From Macrostomum hystrix (lineage: Eukaryota > Animalia > Platyhelminthes), in NCBI GenBank assembly GCA_950097015.1, contig CATNEN010000025.1, positions 7,316,001 through 7,380,000 of the forward strand: a stretch of 64,000 nucleotides of DNA, read 5' to 3'. The notes under the pieces are model-generated. The model had not been told where the DNA came from. It worked only from the letters and a program-made list of their open reading frames with translations, and ran no database searches. Below are positions 45,885 through 57,894 of this stretch, piece by piece. Numbering within the stretch: the first letter of the stretch is position 1; the number at the start of each line of letters is the position of its first letter. A program made the translations under genes and the position numbers.

Positions 45885-46130
45885 AAGATATCACATATTT
45901 CTAAGAAGTCACATATTTCTTAGAAATCACATATTTTCTTAGAAATCACATATTTTCCTAGAAATCATATATTTTCCTAGAAATCACATATTTTCCTAGA
46001 AATCATATATTTTCCTAGAAATCACATATTTTCCTAGAAATCATATATTTTCCTAGAAATCACACATTTTTAGAGAACACATATTTCCCAGAAGTCCTAG
46101 AAACAACATACTTAATAGAAATCACATATT
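45885..46130. repeat. 19-bp AT-rich minisatellite
   Basis: ttttcctagaaatcacata. Confidence 0.9.
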
Positions 46131-47122
46131 TCCTGAAAGTCTGTTTTTAACATATCTTGTCAACAAATTTATATATGTACTTTCTCTTTTTATTAACTTT
46201 ATTTACTGCTACACCTTCAATTCCTCAATGAGCCACGGCACATGCCACTAGAGAAAGAGTTAAACAAAGAATAGGAAACAAATTTGGCTTAGGTACTAAT
46301 GAGGATTGTGGGAAATTGGACAAACAAGGGGGCTCAGAATCCAAATCCGGTGTCTGGCCTGTGTGCCCAAATCCAAAAAGAAAGGCTTTCTATTAAAAGA
46401 AAAAAGAATGGCAGAAACATCAATCAATGACTAAAAGAGGAATTTTAAACAGTAGGCGGCAAAACATGTGACTAGATTTATTCGCCGCACAATAGCCGCC
46501 GCTAATACCTTCATTTAATCCTCAGTTTCATTTAGGCCTTCAAAATAATGAAAGAGGAGGGCCTCCAATATCGAGGGCTGGCCCCGATGCTATTGGGACG
46601 GTGGGACTTTTTTCCCCATCAACGACAGTCTCTTAATTACTATTTTCGACACACTCTGTCTGTCTGTCTCGCTTTTTTATGAAAGCTGAAATCAGAGTCT
46701 GCAAAAAATGTCATCATTAGCTATCATATTGGGACAACGGGAGAAAAGGAGACAGAGGGGAGATGCCGGAGGTAGATAGCTGGGGGAGGCGAAGAGGGCA
46801 GTTGGAGACAAGCGGGGGGAGATGGTGGTTGGGAAGATAAGGTAACGGAACGCAAAGGCTGCTAGCCAAAGCTGAGCGCGGGTGGCCGCCGATGAAGCAG
46901 GTGGATTCTGAACTGGGGCTGGGAGGAATGATTGCTACGAAAATCGAGAGAGAGTCCTAATGACTCCGGATATTTGAGCTCAGATTGGAGTACGCCATTC
47001 AATGCGAGACTAGAGATGGTCTGTAGATTTTGCCGCCTCGGCAACTATTAGCTACTAGAAGAAACGAACAATAGCAACAATTTTTGCCGGCCTGTCTAAA
47101 GTGCAACTGGTCGCAATGGTTA

Positions 47123-47450
47123 GGGGGAGAGTGGCAGAGCGGTCTAACGCGTTGGCCTCGCGCACCAAGGTCCCTGAGCTCGATTCCGCGGCGAGGCCAT
47201 ATAAATTTGTCCTAGATTTGGGGGCTTGTCGTGCAATTTACATCCTTGAGGGCCAAACCTCCAAGGCACAGTGAGAGTGTACACTGCCTGACGATAAGAA
47301 AGTCAGGGCGGATGTACACACCCTATGTCTGCGTACGGTATCGGTGTACGTGTGTTCAGGAGTCAGAGAAACGGGCAGAGTCGCCTCCTCGCTGGCAGCA
47401 GGTCTAGTGTCACGCAATGATGTGGCATTGCCGCATGGATTTTAATGAAG
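47123..47450 (+). mobile_element. tRNA-derived SINE family 2, copy with intact head, in STARD10 intron 3
   Basis: GGGGAGAGTGGCAGAGCGGTCTAACGCG (A box) and GAGCTCGATTCC (B box). Body shared with 30490-30630. The 3' boundary is approximate. Confidence 0.7.
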
Positions 47451-47711
47451 GATTTACGTAAGATGCAAAACGGTTACGAACTTGCAAACGAATTCAGGCA
47501 AAGGTTAAGCTTCTAAACAAAATTAGTCTGTCAACTCTGTGACATGTCTATATACTCAAGAGAAGACAGCACTGGGACAAGACAGCAACTGCAGGAACTT
47601 ATTTCCTGCTCGCACTCGAGCTCGCAAACACAGCCAAATTTTAAGCATTATTAGACAGTCAATAAACCAGAAGAATAGATATTGATCTAAGATACGTTAA
47701 AAAGAACTCAC

Positions 47712-47815
47712 CCGGTGAAATACAGAATGATTGATAATGATGCACTCCACCTCGCTAGCTGTCCAGGATCTCTGGATGACCAAGTCGCGGTTTTTTAATG
47801 GCGGCAGACTGCGAA
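47712..47815 (-). CDS. STARD10: STARD10 exon 3
   Basis: ccctcag|TT CGC ... CAC CGG|gtgagt. [34 protein letters not shown]. Confidence 0.92.
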
Positions 47816-47921
47816 CTGAGGGGGTCGGAGAGAGCTTGGTGTTTGTTCTTGTCTAGCTTGTTTCGCTCATTTCATCTGGTGTACAGAGTCTAAATATAAT
47901 CTATTCCCCACTGCGGCTGTA

Positions 47922-48480
47922 ACTGGCTGAGCATCGGCATTCTGATTCTCTGCACCCTCGACTCGTTTGATTGGCTGAGCATCGGCATTCTGATTCTCTG
48001 CACCCTCGACTCGTTTGATTGGCTGAGCATCGGCATTCTGATTCTCTGCACCCTCGACTCGTTTGATTGGCTGAGCATCGGCATTCTGATTCTCTGCACC
48101 CTCGACTCGTTTGATTGGCTGAGCATCGGCATTCTGATTCTCTGCACCCTCGACTCGTTTGATTGGCTGAGCATCGGCATTCTGATTCTCTGCACCCTCG
48201 ACTCGTTTGATTGGCTGAGCATCGGCATTCTGATTCTCTGCACCCTTGACTCGTTTGATTGGCTGAGCATCGGCATTCTGATTCTCTGCACCCTCGACTC
48301 GTTTGATTGGCTGAGCATCGGCATTCTGATTCTCTGCACCCTCGACTCGTTTGATTGGCTGAGCATCGGCATTCTGATTCTCTGCACCCTCGACTCGTTT
48401 GATTGGCTGAGCATCGGCATTCTGATTCTCTGCACCCTCGACTCGTTTGATTGGCTGAGCATCGGCATTCTGATTTTCAC
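47922..48480. repeat. 48-bp near-perfect minisatellite, ~11.5 copies (STARD10 intron 2)
   Basis: caccctcgactcgtttgattggctgagcatcggcattctgattctctg; degenerate copies continue to ~48590. Confidence 0.97.
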
Positions 48481-48839
48481 ATTCGACTTTTTTATTAGCT
48501 GAGCATCCGTATTTTAATTCTCTCCACCCTCTACTCATTTTTCTTTATCTGAGCATAAGTTATGATTTTCACTCTCGACGCATTTGATTCGCTGACAAAA
48601 CGTTTGTTTGTTTTACTTACATAATTTTTTATCTGATTTGTCCAATTTTATTCACGTATCTTTGCATTTGTTTTGTACACATCTTTTGATATCAAGTTTT
48701 CATAGAATCTTTCATTGCTTTTAGGTCTACCTTGCCTAATTACTCTAAATTTATGTGATAACCCTAAAGTCTAATTCCAACCATAAAGACTGGTTTTATC
48801 CCCGTCTAACAGTGTTTGCGCCATCCGCATCTCACTTAC

Positions 48840-48987
48840 TGGCATAGTAGCCAATATCATTATTGGCATCAATCTGGCAGATGTCGTGGCCCTCCACCAT
48901 GCAGCGGTCCCAGAGTCTTCGGTAATCCGGATCGTGCAGTACGTCATAAACCAGCTGCATTGGCACGTCCTTGAATTCGTATTGGAC
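48840..48987 (-). CDS. STARD10: STARD10 exon 2
   Basis: tgacag|GTC CAA ... GCC A|gtaagt. VQYEFKDVPMQLVYDVLHDPDYRRLWDRCMVEGHDICQIDANNDIGYY. Not in the ORF track. Confidence 0.92.
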
Positions 48988-49046
48988 CTGTCAGGTAAGA
49001 GGCGTCTGGGTGTTAAGCAATAACCAGCACAACAGAATGTCAAGAC

Positions 49047-49391
49047 ATGGAAATAATTAATGGCTTTCGCTCCATTAATTATTCGAAAACGAGGATGCCT
49101 TTCTTCACCAAAGAGAGGCTAAATCACCTCGGACCAAACCCATCCATGGACGACGTTTGCAGATCCGAGAACATCACACGGCTCGTCCGGTTCCTAAGGG
49201 CTACCAGACGAGCATCTTTCTTCCCTAGCGAAGAGCAAGCTGCAGGAAGGACCGGCCACGGACCTCCCTGACTGGCCCCGCGCCATCGGCCGATTGCGGA
49301 TCTTTCAGGGATTAGCGGAATGGGCGACCCCCGCCTCCCCGCTGTGTCCATCGGACCGCCCTGCAGATAAGTCAAGTAAGTCAAGTGTCAA
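49047..49391 (+). mobile_element. 3' fragment of a non-LTR retrotransposon (ORF2 end, GC-rich 3'UTR, TAAGTCAAG tail), antisense in STARD10 intron 1
   Basis: ERLNHLGPNPSMDDVCRSENITRLVRFLRATRR resembles the R..hLG...D....I..h..Fh..T.R end of I-group/R1-like ORF2 proteins. Ends in the tandem taagtcaagtaagtcaag. Confidence 0.5.
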
Positions 49392-50008
49392 AAGTAGCAC
49401 CTGATTAGCAAAGCACTTACTTAAAAAAAACCTAAATGCAGTTAGCTATTAAGTTAAATTGCTTGCTCAAGAAAGAGAATAACATGCCTGATTCCGCTAA
49501 TTAGTTTGTGTTTAAAGCACCGCCAATATTCGAAATTTTATTAGTTTCTCTCCAGACGGAGGGAAATATGAAGTGCGGAGAAATATTAGATTGATTAGAA
49601 GTAAAATGCTTTTGTCGACATCAATTTGTTAAAAAGTGTGCTCAGACGCGCCCTAGGGGTATCAATACCCAATTAAGAACCGAAAGAGGACACAAGGTTG
49701 CTAATCCTTCAATTAGGCCTATATTTTTGCATTCACATTCGCCAGTAAGGAATATAATAGTGTTTCAAAAACAACTGGCGAGATTATGCACGAACCTAAC
49801 AAGTGTTAAAACGGAAATAATGTAAAATCTGCAAAAAAAACTTTCCAGTTTGTATTAAAAAATATTGTCTAGTTTTATTATATCTACTTACAGTAGCAAC
49901 TGCGGATTATGCCTCTAGTAAAAAATGAAAGCGAATTTTATTCAAATGTGTGCTCACTAACTATTTTAATTTTGTTCTCAGAATGCAAGCAAGCACACTG
50001 CAACCAAC

Positions 50009-50176
50009 CTTCATCATCTTGATGTCAGTCTGCTCTGTGGATTTGCTGAACACCTCGGTTGTGCCATTGGAATAGTCCAGCCTCCAGCCATCAAGGCTTG
50101 TACACAGTAGTTTAAAAGTCATGAAGTCATTGTTTGTAGCTGGGCGAACTTCACCAACCTCAAAGAAGTCTGGCAT
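50009..50176 (-). CDS. STARD10: START domain protein 10 (PCTP-like), exon 1 of 5. Model complement(join(42277..42575,45083..45200,47712..47815,48840..48987,50009..50176)), 278 aa
   Basis: ccaccATG context. MPDFFEVGEVRPATNNDFMTFKLLCTSLDGWRLDYS resembles STARD10 VQVPDDQDFRSFRSECEAEVGWNLTYS. Donor ATG AAG|gttggt. Confidence 0.9.
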
Positions 50177-53100
50177 GGTGGACAGATCTTTGGATGGCTA
50201 TGGCTAGACCCTTACTGCTTGTCTTGCCAATGATTGAAGACTCAATAGCTAGTACTTTAATTAGTCGAAATTCAAGTACTGCAATTTTTAGGATAGTAAC
50301 CAAAGAGCAAAAATAATCTTGAATTGTTGATATAGATATAACTCTGATTTTATGAAATCAAATAAAAAATGATTTGATTGAGCATATAATTGCACTTCTA
50401 ATGCATCAATAGTGAAAAAACAAGATGTCCTTTAAACTTCTGTACATTAATACCATTTTTATCCAATATGTATTTTTTAACTTATAGTTACCTAATATTT
50501 GTATTTCAGTTACAAAATGGATAACATCAATTTCACAGAGACCATGTAATGCATCAAGTTAATCAGGTTATCAATTTATGTTTATTAACCTGCAAAGTTT
50601 AATAAGTGTGTATATATATATGAAAATTTTGTGCTTATGTGCATAATTGTTGTTATAAAGAAATAAAAATAGCACTACAATGGCATTTAATAACCCATTG
50701 AATTCTAAGCACAAAAATATATGTTGTCCTAACACACATTTAGTCATTTTGCTAATGAAAAGTCAATAGAAGTTTTAACTAAGCTAGGCATTAAGCTACC
50801 ACTTTCTATGGAATGTCTTCCTTATCATAGGATGATTGCACTTTGGGCAAATAGGAAATATGGGTTTTTTAAGAAAATTTTTGTTGGGTGTTTTGTTGGG
50901 ATAATGTTGGGATTAGTAGGATTAAACTTCAAGAGTCTAGAGAACCTATTGAAGATTATTCATATATATAATTGGATGGCCTTTTGCCTAAAGGCTTTTG
51001 CAGGGACCCTAATACATATAGCACACTAAGTGGGACATGTTAATTGTTGGTTTTTTGGGTCAGGTAAATTAGGTATGAATAATAAATAGGATTATATTTT
51101 AATAGAGACCTATTGAACATTATTACCATTTATTACAGGGTGAGACTAACTGCCTAAGGACTTTTTTAGGCATCCAAATATATCTGAATCAGTCATGATG
51201 AAAATGATGACTAATGACAGCAACAATTACATTCTTGTAATAAAGCTCTTATTGTCAATAAAAGAAGAAAAAACAAGACAAGTTTGAATTTTCTTATTCA
51301 TAAAAACAAAAAGTGAACTTGTACTAATTACTTTACATATGCCCTTTTTAATTGCAGCCTATATACAAGCTACAAACTTATAGTCAGTTAGTCAGTCAAC
51401 AGCCCACTGTCTTCAAGTTGGTCATAGACCTACTAGAAGACAGTGTGAAGTTTTAAGTCAATTGGAAAACCTGGAGCATTTTATAAGATTAAAGTTTAAG
51501 AAGCCCAATAAATGACTTGAATGAAAACATTATAGTGATAATTAGTACTATTTTTTAAACATAAATAGTTAATGCCAATGCATTCAGCCTCTACGATATT
51601 TAGAATTAAAATAAAAACTTCATAATCGTTTTAATGCGCGAGGTAAACCTTAATACATGGGCCTGTTTAAAAAAACACTAAAAGCAGACGAGAAGTTGTT
51701 CATCAGTCTATTTATACGATTGGTCACTCGACATTTTAAGCACTGCTTATAAGCCTCAAAAAGAGTGCCGAAAGAAAGCAGAGTTTATATGAAGGAACAA
51801 AAATATATACTTTTGTTTTACGCATTCTTTCGGTGTATCTTTCAATTTCGTTCTGTTATTTGAAAGTAACGAATTGAAAAATTAGTTTGCAAGTGAGTAA
51901 ATAGCTAAAGTTTGTAACAACTATTTCAGGATATGTAAGCATTAACCTGTAAAGTATTTTAGTCTGCTAGCTTTTACCACATAGTGAACAGTATTTTATT
52001 ACATTTGTTACTCGACATTGTTAGGCCTATAGATTTCGCTGTTAATAAATGTTTACTTTATTAATTTGTTTGTAGTGACCTTAATTCGCGAAACTTCTGT
52101 ACTATAATAAATTGACCTTCGAGAACATTCTATACCTTGAATAGAACTGTACGAAAACATTCATTTCTAATAAATTCTTCGATATAGTACAAATTAAACT
52201 ACGCCATTTTTCTCAGAATATTCTTTTAGTACAAAAAATGTATAATTCACCATAAATTATTGTATATCTAACACAAACGCCTCATGCGCTTGTATCTAAT
52301 AATAAATAGCCTAATAAAATTAGTTTTACCGTACAGTATATTTCTAGAAACTTCCGGAAACTAAAAAATACACTATAAATATACTGCACCCGATTCAGCA
52401 ATATTCAAACCTTTCTGATCTCATACGAGACTCAACAAACAATACAAAAAACCACCGCCTAGCTCTTGATTACTCGTGACCACAAAACCGCTACAAGTTT
52501 TTGCTTTCCTCCAAGGAAGAATAATAACGCAATTTAATAATAATGGCTAATGACATCCATGTTTTTTAGTCAAGACCTTAGAAAACTGTTTTTAGAAGCC
52601 GAAAGTCATATTTAAGTATATTCAAAGTTGCCTCAATTGAAATTACTTCTTTGTCCCATTCTGGATTGAAATTTATTTATAGATGCTAATCCATTTCGAT
52701 CAGCTATAAGTCCATAAGTATACATATTAGAGTTGTTTTTATCAAAGACGTCTATTCTAAACGAATATTTGTGTCTGAAACACTTGTTCCACGGCACGTC
52801 GTGTAACCATAATGAGGTTTTCATAGAAAGTAAAGCAAAAGCGTATGTGTATTTGCTGTATTTTGAGAGACAAAAATAAACAATGAAAATCAATTAAATA
52901 TCAGGCCCACTTGTGCTACATTCAATTCAAAGTAATTTGAAATATATACCAATAACGCCTGATGATAAAACACGGCAGATCTATTTTTATTAATCCAACA
53001 CTGGAAATAGTTTAAGGTACTCGTAAGACAATGATTCGAAAAATAACCGCTGATGAAATGCGTTGCGGCCAATAAAATTCATAGGAAACACCTGGTCAAA

Positions 53101-54224
53101 ATCTATATTCATTAAAAGACAATTATAATGAAATTGCTAATACGTGCATTTGAATACATTTATATATCACATGATACAAGCAATAGCATATTATCTCTTA
53201 ATTGTGTTTGTGGTTAAAAAAGGAACTGGAAATGCCGTGAAGAACTAGCTGTTAGTATACATTTATATATAGACAGAAAATTTCAGCATGATTTTTTAAT
53301 GTTAGGACTTAACAGACAGTATTTCAAGTTAGATTTGAAAAGGATCCTCAGAGAGATAAAAAGACATGAAATTGTAAAGAAAACGAATTTATGTAAGTTA
53401 GTTTTAATGAAGGAAAGATCGTAACCAAGATTTCAACATTTCACAATGCAGAACGTTACGTCACGATGTAATGTTGTGTGTTCAATGTGTTTTTGCATAC
53501 AAATAATGCGATGATGACAAAACTTACGTGCCTATATGTTTTGTAAATATTTATCATGACTTCACAAAAACATTTGCATTGCTTATAGCGCACGTGCGCA
53601 CTGGTTACAGGTTTATAAATCACACAGACAAAGCTATAGATAATTCAGTACCACGAGGCCTATTTGCTGTAAAAAACAATTGTTGAAGGCCGTACGTCAA
53701 GGCCGACTGGCAGTTGACTTTCCAGTTTTGTCCTCCTCAGCCAACCTGCGCTGCTTGTCTGTAATGCGAGTGGGCTGTTGCTATGCGGTTGCCATGTCAT
53801 TCTGTATTCAATCCGCGAATATGCGTGCAGTCATTTTCATGTGCCATTGTTGGCTTCAACACAAACTTGTCTTCATTCACGTCGAAAATGATTATTTTTC
53901 TCCCAATCACGCCCTTTGGTAGAATGGAAAGATGCCGCGAGAATGAAGATAAAATTGACAGGTGATTGTCAATCAGCAAGACACCGCTGATATCCGAGGT
54001 TAAGAACACAATGAGCCGATCAATTGAATGATTTTTTTTTGCATTCGTGTTTCAGGAAATTTTAATGATGATTGAGAAATTGAGAGCGAAAAGTAGGCGG
54101 CGACAAGGACCACTGCAGAAGTGGACAGAAAACAAAGTTTTCTAGAAAAAGTTTGCGAGTTTGTTTCTGCTGAAGAGAGACTAATAGGAAAATATTAACA
54201 TTTTCTGCGAAAATTCTCATTAAC

Positions 54225-54985
54225 ATCTCTCCTCGGTCTCATCTCCCGTGTCTCACCTCTCCCGTGTCTTATCCCTCCGATGCTCATCCCTCCCGTGTCT
54301 TATCTCTCCCGTGTCTTATCTCTCCCGTGTCTCATCTCCCGTGTCTCACCTCTCCCGTGTCTTATCCCTACGATGCTCATCCCTCCCGTGACTTATCTCT
54401 CCTCTCTCCTCTCTTATCTCTTATCTCTCCCGTGTCTCATCTCTCCCGTGTCTCATCTCTCCCGTGTCTCATCTCTCCCGTGTCTCATCTCTCCCGTGTC
54501 TCATCTCTCCCGTGTCTCATCTCTCCCGTGTCTCATCTCTCCCGTGTCTCATCTCTCCCGTGTCTCATCTCTCCCGTGTCTCATCTCTCCCGTGTCTCAT
54601 CTCTCCCGTGTCTCATCTCTCCTGTGTCTCATCTCTCCCGTGTCTCATCTCTCCCGTGTCTCATCTCTCCTGTGTCTCATCTCTCCCGTGTCTCATCTCT
54701 CCCGTGTCTCATCTCTCCCGTGTCTCATCTCTCCCGTGTCTCATCTCTCCCGTGTCTCATCTCTCCCGTGTCTCATCTCTCCTGTGTCTCATCTCTCCCG
54801 TGTCTCATCTCTCCCGTGTCTCATCTCTCCCGTGTCTCATCTCTCCCGTGTCTCATCTCTCCCGTGTCTCATCTCTCCCGTGTCTCATCTCTCCCGTGTC
54901 TCATCTCTCCCGTGTCTCATCTCTCCTGTGTCATATCTCTTGTGTCTCATCTCTCGGTCACCTCTTCTCTGTCTCATCTCTCCCC
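54225..54985. repeat. 17-bp minisatellite
   Basis: tctcatctctcccgtg(t). Confidence 0.96.
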
Positions 54986-55388
54986 TATCTCATATTTCTG
55001 CATTCAATGCGGCCTGCTGTCGTCTTTTAAGTTCTCACTTTGGCCCGCTAGCTAATAATTTGCTGACCCTTGAATTATAGGTCGTGTGAAGAAAAAAGTA
55101 TCAAGATGAACTTTTCTGAAATAAAGCTTCGTAAAATTCGTAAGAGTAAAATTCATTTCGATTTTGTATTGGTGGTTTTTGTCACCAGACATCGTTGAAT
55201 ATCTCGACGATGCCGATGTTTTATGTTTCTGGAAGTTGTTTCATCGGATAAAGCGGAAAATTTGGAGCCCGTGTTCTGGATTTTCATTGCGATTGTTTGA
55301 ATATTTAAGGAGATACAGAAAATAATGTGGGTATACTTCCGTGGTCTTTCTACTGTTAATTGGGGAGGCCTGGAACGGTGGCACTCAC

Positions 55389-55851
55389 CCATCTCGTCCA
55401 CTCGGTCAGACATGGACAGGGTAACTCCGATGAGGATGACACACATGGCCAAGAGTGCGAAGGCCACCGCCATGACGATGCGCGCTACTCGGCGCTGCTT
55501 CGCCGTCGGCGGCGCCGCATCGGAGTCGATCAGCACAGTCGGCGGGTCCGGCTCGCCTCGATAGTCGCCGCTCCCGACACCGCCGACGCCGACGCTACCA
55601 CCGTCGTCGTCTCTGACGCCCGAGGCCGCTTTACTGCAGCCGCCGCTTAGCAGTTCCAGTGTCGACATCGGCGCCAAATCGACGCCACCGAGGTCGAAGC
55701 CGACGCCTTCTTCGCCATCTTCGCAGCTGTCTGCGCCGCCGGTGGCGTTAGACGAATGATGGCGCTGCCGGCGGTTAACTTTAGCGCCCGTCGAGTCAGA
55801 TGCCGATGTTACCTCAGTGACAGCGACATCGTCAGCCTGTAGTGCCGACAT
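55389..55851 (-). CDS. Unrecognised small single-pass membrane protein, main exon
   Basis: GC-rich exon after acceptor ttgtag|GTC (55866, in frame). Acidic/Gly-rich N-terminus, KQRR, then a hydrophobic helix VARIVMAVAFALLAMCVILIGVTLSM, ending at strong donor GAG ATG G|gtgagt. The last exon is ambiguous: 54169..54000 or 53758..53697. Confidence 0.75.
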
Positions 55852-55924
55852 CTTTGATACTGCGACCTACAATGAGACAATGACGATTCGCTATGTCAGT
55901 GATGTGTTAGATAAGGTTTGAGTC

Positions 55925-56358
55925 TCAGTCAGGTCAGGCTTGAGTCAGTGTTGGGTGAAGTTTAAAAAATTTTCAGGTCAAGTTTGAGTCAGGTCAAGTT
56001 GAGTCAGGTCAAGTTTGAGTCAGGTCAAGTTTGAGTCAGGTCAAGTTTGAGTCAGGTCAAGTTTGAGTCAGGTCAAGTTTGAGTCAGGTCAAGTTTGAGT
56101 CAGGTCAAGTTTGAGTCAGGTGAAGTTTGAGTCAGGTCAAGTTTGAGTCAGGTCAAGTTTGAGTCAGGTCAAGTTTGAGTCAGGTCAAGTTTGAGTCAGG
56201 TCAAGTTTGAGTCAGGTCAAGTTTAAGTCAGGTCAAGTTTGAGTCAGGTGAAGTTTGAGTCAGGTCAAGTTTAAGTCAGGTCAAGTTTGAGTCAGGTCAA
56301 GTTTGAGTCAGGTCAAGTTTAAGTCAGGTCAAGTTTGAGTCAGGTCAAGTTGAGTCAG
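55925..56358. repeat. 16-bp minisatellite
   Basis: gagtcaggtcaagttt. Confidence 0.96.
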
Positions 56359-56934
56359 AATTTACCCTTATTGTTAATCGTAAATTAGATTATCGATTTG
56401 TTTAAAAGGGTCAGAGGAGGTTCAGCAGCTACTAAAAGCAGAATAAGCAAATATTTCTGGAATCCGTGCTCATAAAGCCTCATTATCGTTGGTTTGGCAT
56501 AGAGTCAGACCAGCTATTTTCAAGGGAACGCGGCTGATAATTTTTAGGGCTCCGCCCAACCTGAGATCATCAACTCAGTGCAAGCACGGATTCTGCGAGT
56601 CTGCTCCGGTTACTAGGAGACTAGGTTACTAGGAGAAAAATATGCCACAAGGCCTCCTGCCTACCCGCCTGAGCTACCTTACCCCGAAAGCCCTGCTCAT
56701 TCACCCACTCATTCTAACCCACCTCCGCTACTTGTCGATAGTGAATTAAAGAAAGGCTTCATTTTAAACCCGCTTTTTGATGCTCAGACGAACAGGAGAT
56801 GCTCCAAGATGGCAGCACAGAGTTAAGATGGAGAAAAGTGCAAATATTTGTCCGCCTTTCATGCAGATCGAGTGGCCAAGTGAGCCAACTCAAATGCCGA
56901 GCTGTCTTAACTGAGTACTTCTGAATACTTCTGG

Positions 56935-57420
56935 TTCAACTGACAACCCACCTACTGTTATGGCTGACAATCCATCAACTGTCATGGCTGACAATCCATC
57001 AACTGTCATGGCTGACTATCCATCAACTGTCATGTCTGACAACCCACCAACTGTCATATCTGACAACCCACCAACTGACATATCTGACAACCCACCAACT
57101 GTCATATCTGACAACCCACCAACTGTCATATCTGACAACCCACCAACTGTCATAACTGACAACCCAACAACTGTCATATCTGACAACCCAACAACTGTCA
57201 TATCTGACAGCCCACCCACTGTCATATCTGACTACCCACCAACTGTCATGGCTTACAATCCATCAACTGTCATGGCTGACAATCTAACAACTGTCATATC
57301 TGACAATCCACCAACTGTCATGGCTGACAATCCATCAACTGTCATGGCTGACAATCCACCAACTGTCATATCTGACAACCCACCAACTGTCATGGCTGAC
57401 AACCCACCAACTGTCATTAC
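56935..57420. repeat. 21-bp minisatellite
   Basis: ctgacaacccaccaactgtcat(atc). Confidence 0.94.
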
Positions 57421-57894
57421 TTCAATTATGCTAAAAAAGTAATTGCTAACAAGCAATAAGCTGTCATGGCTGATGAATCTGCAGCGATCGTTGAATCAAG
57501 TTCTCGACAAAAATATAAGCCATCAACAGCAAGACAGCTGCAGCTTCTTCTCTCTCGCTCTTCATTTTCTGCTCACTCGCCCCATTGTTCTGCTCCCATT
57601 GTTGCAGCCCCTCTTTTACCTTACAGGGGATGGGATTGGGGATTTGTACGCCGACTAAAAATCCCAAAGGCACTTGCAACTCGTTTCAACCCGTCGAGCA
57701 TTTTAGCCAAGAGAAGTGTTTGGGATTTTTTAAATTAGGAACAATGGTCGACGGGCAGTTATATTGGGGGGGGAGAGCGGGCACAGTCCGGCGCCTGCAT
57801 CTATTTTGCAATCAAGTACGGCAGCACTAGAGTAGAAGTTCAAACTAATAGTACATTTGACTGAATTGTCTAGTCTTTGTTTTTAATTGGATTA

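Noticed and set aside
47123-47200. tRNA gene (also 8098 and 40509)
   Set aside because: A and B boxes are present but the acceptor stem cannot close, and each continues into a shared multi-copy body, so these are SINE heads.
47280-47320. CTGACGA-taa-GAAA in SINE family 2 as a minimal hammerhead
   Set aside because: The motif is locked in a simple long hairpin (gtacactgcctgac / gtcagggcggatgtac) with no stem III or cleavage site, and the other copy breaks the CUGA.
57443-57830. Short + strand ORFs with an apparent acceptor ttaccttacag
   Set aside because: No recognisable product, no donor, and no adjoining exons that I can link.
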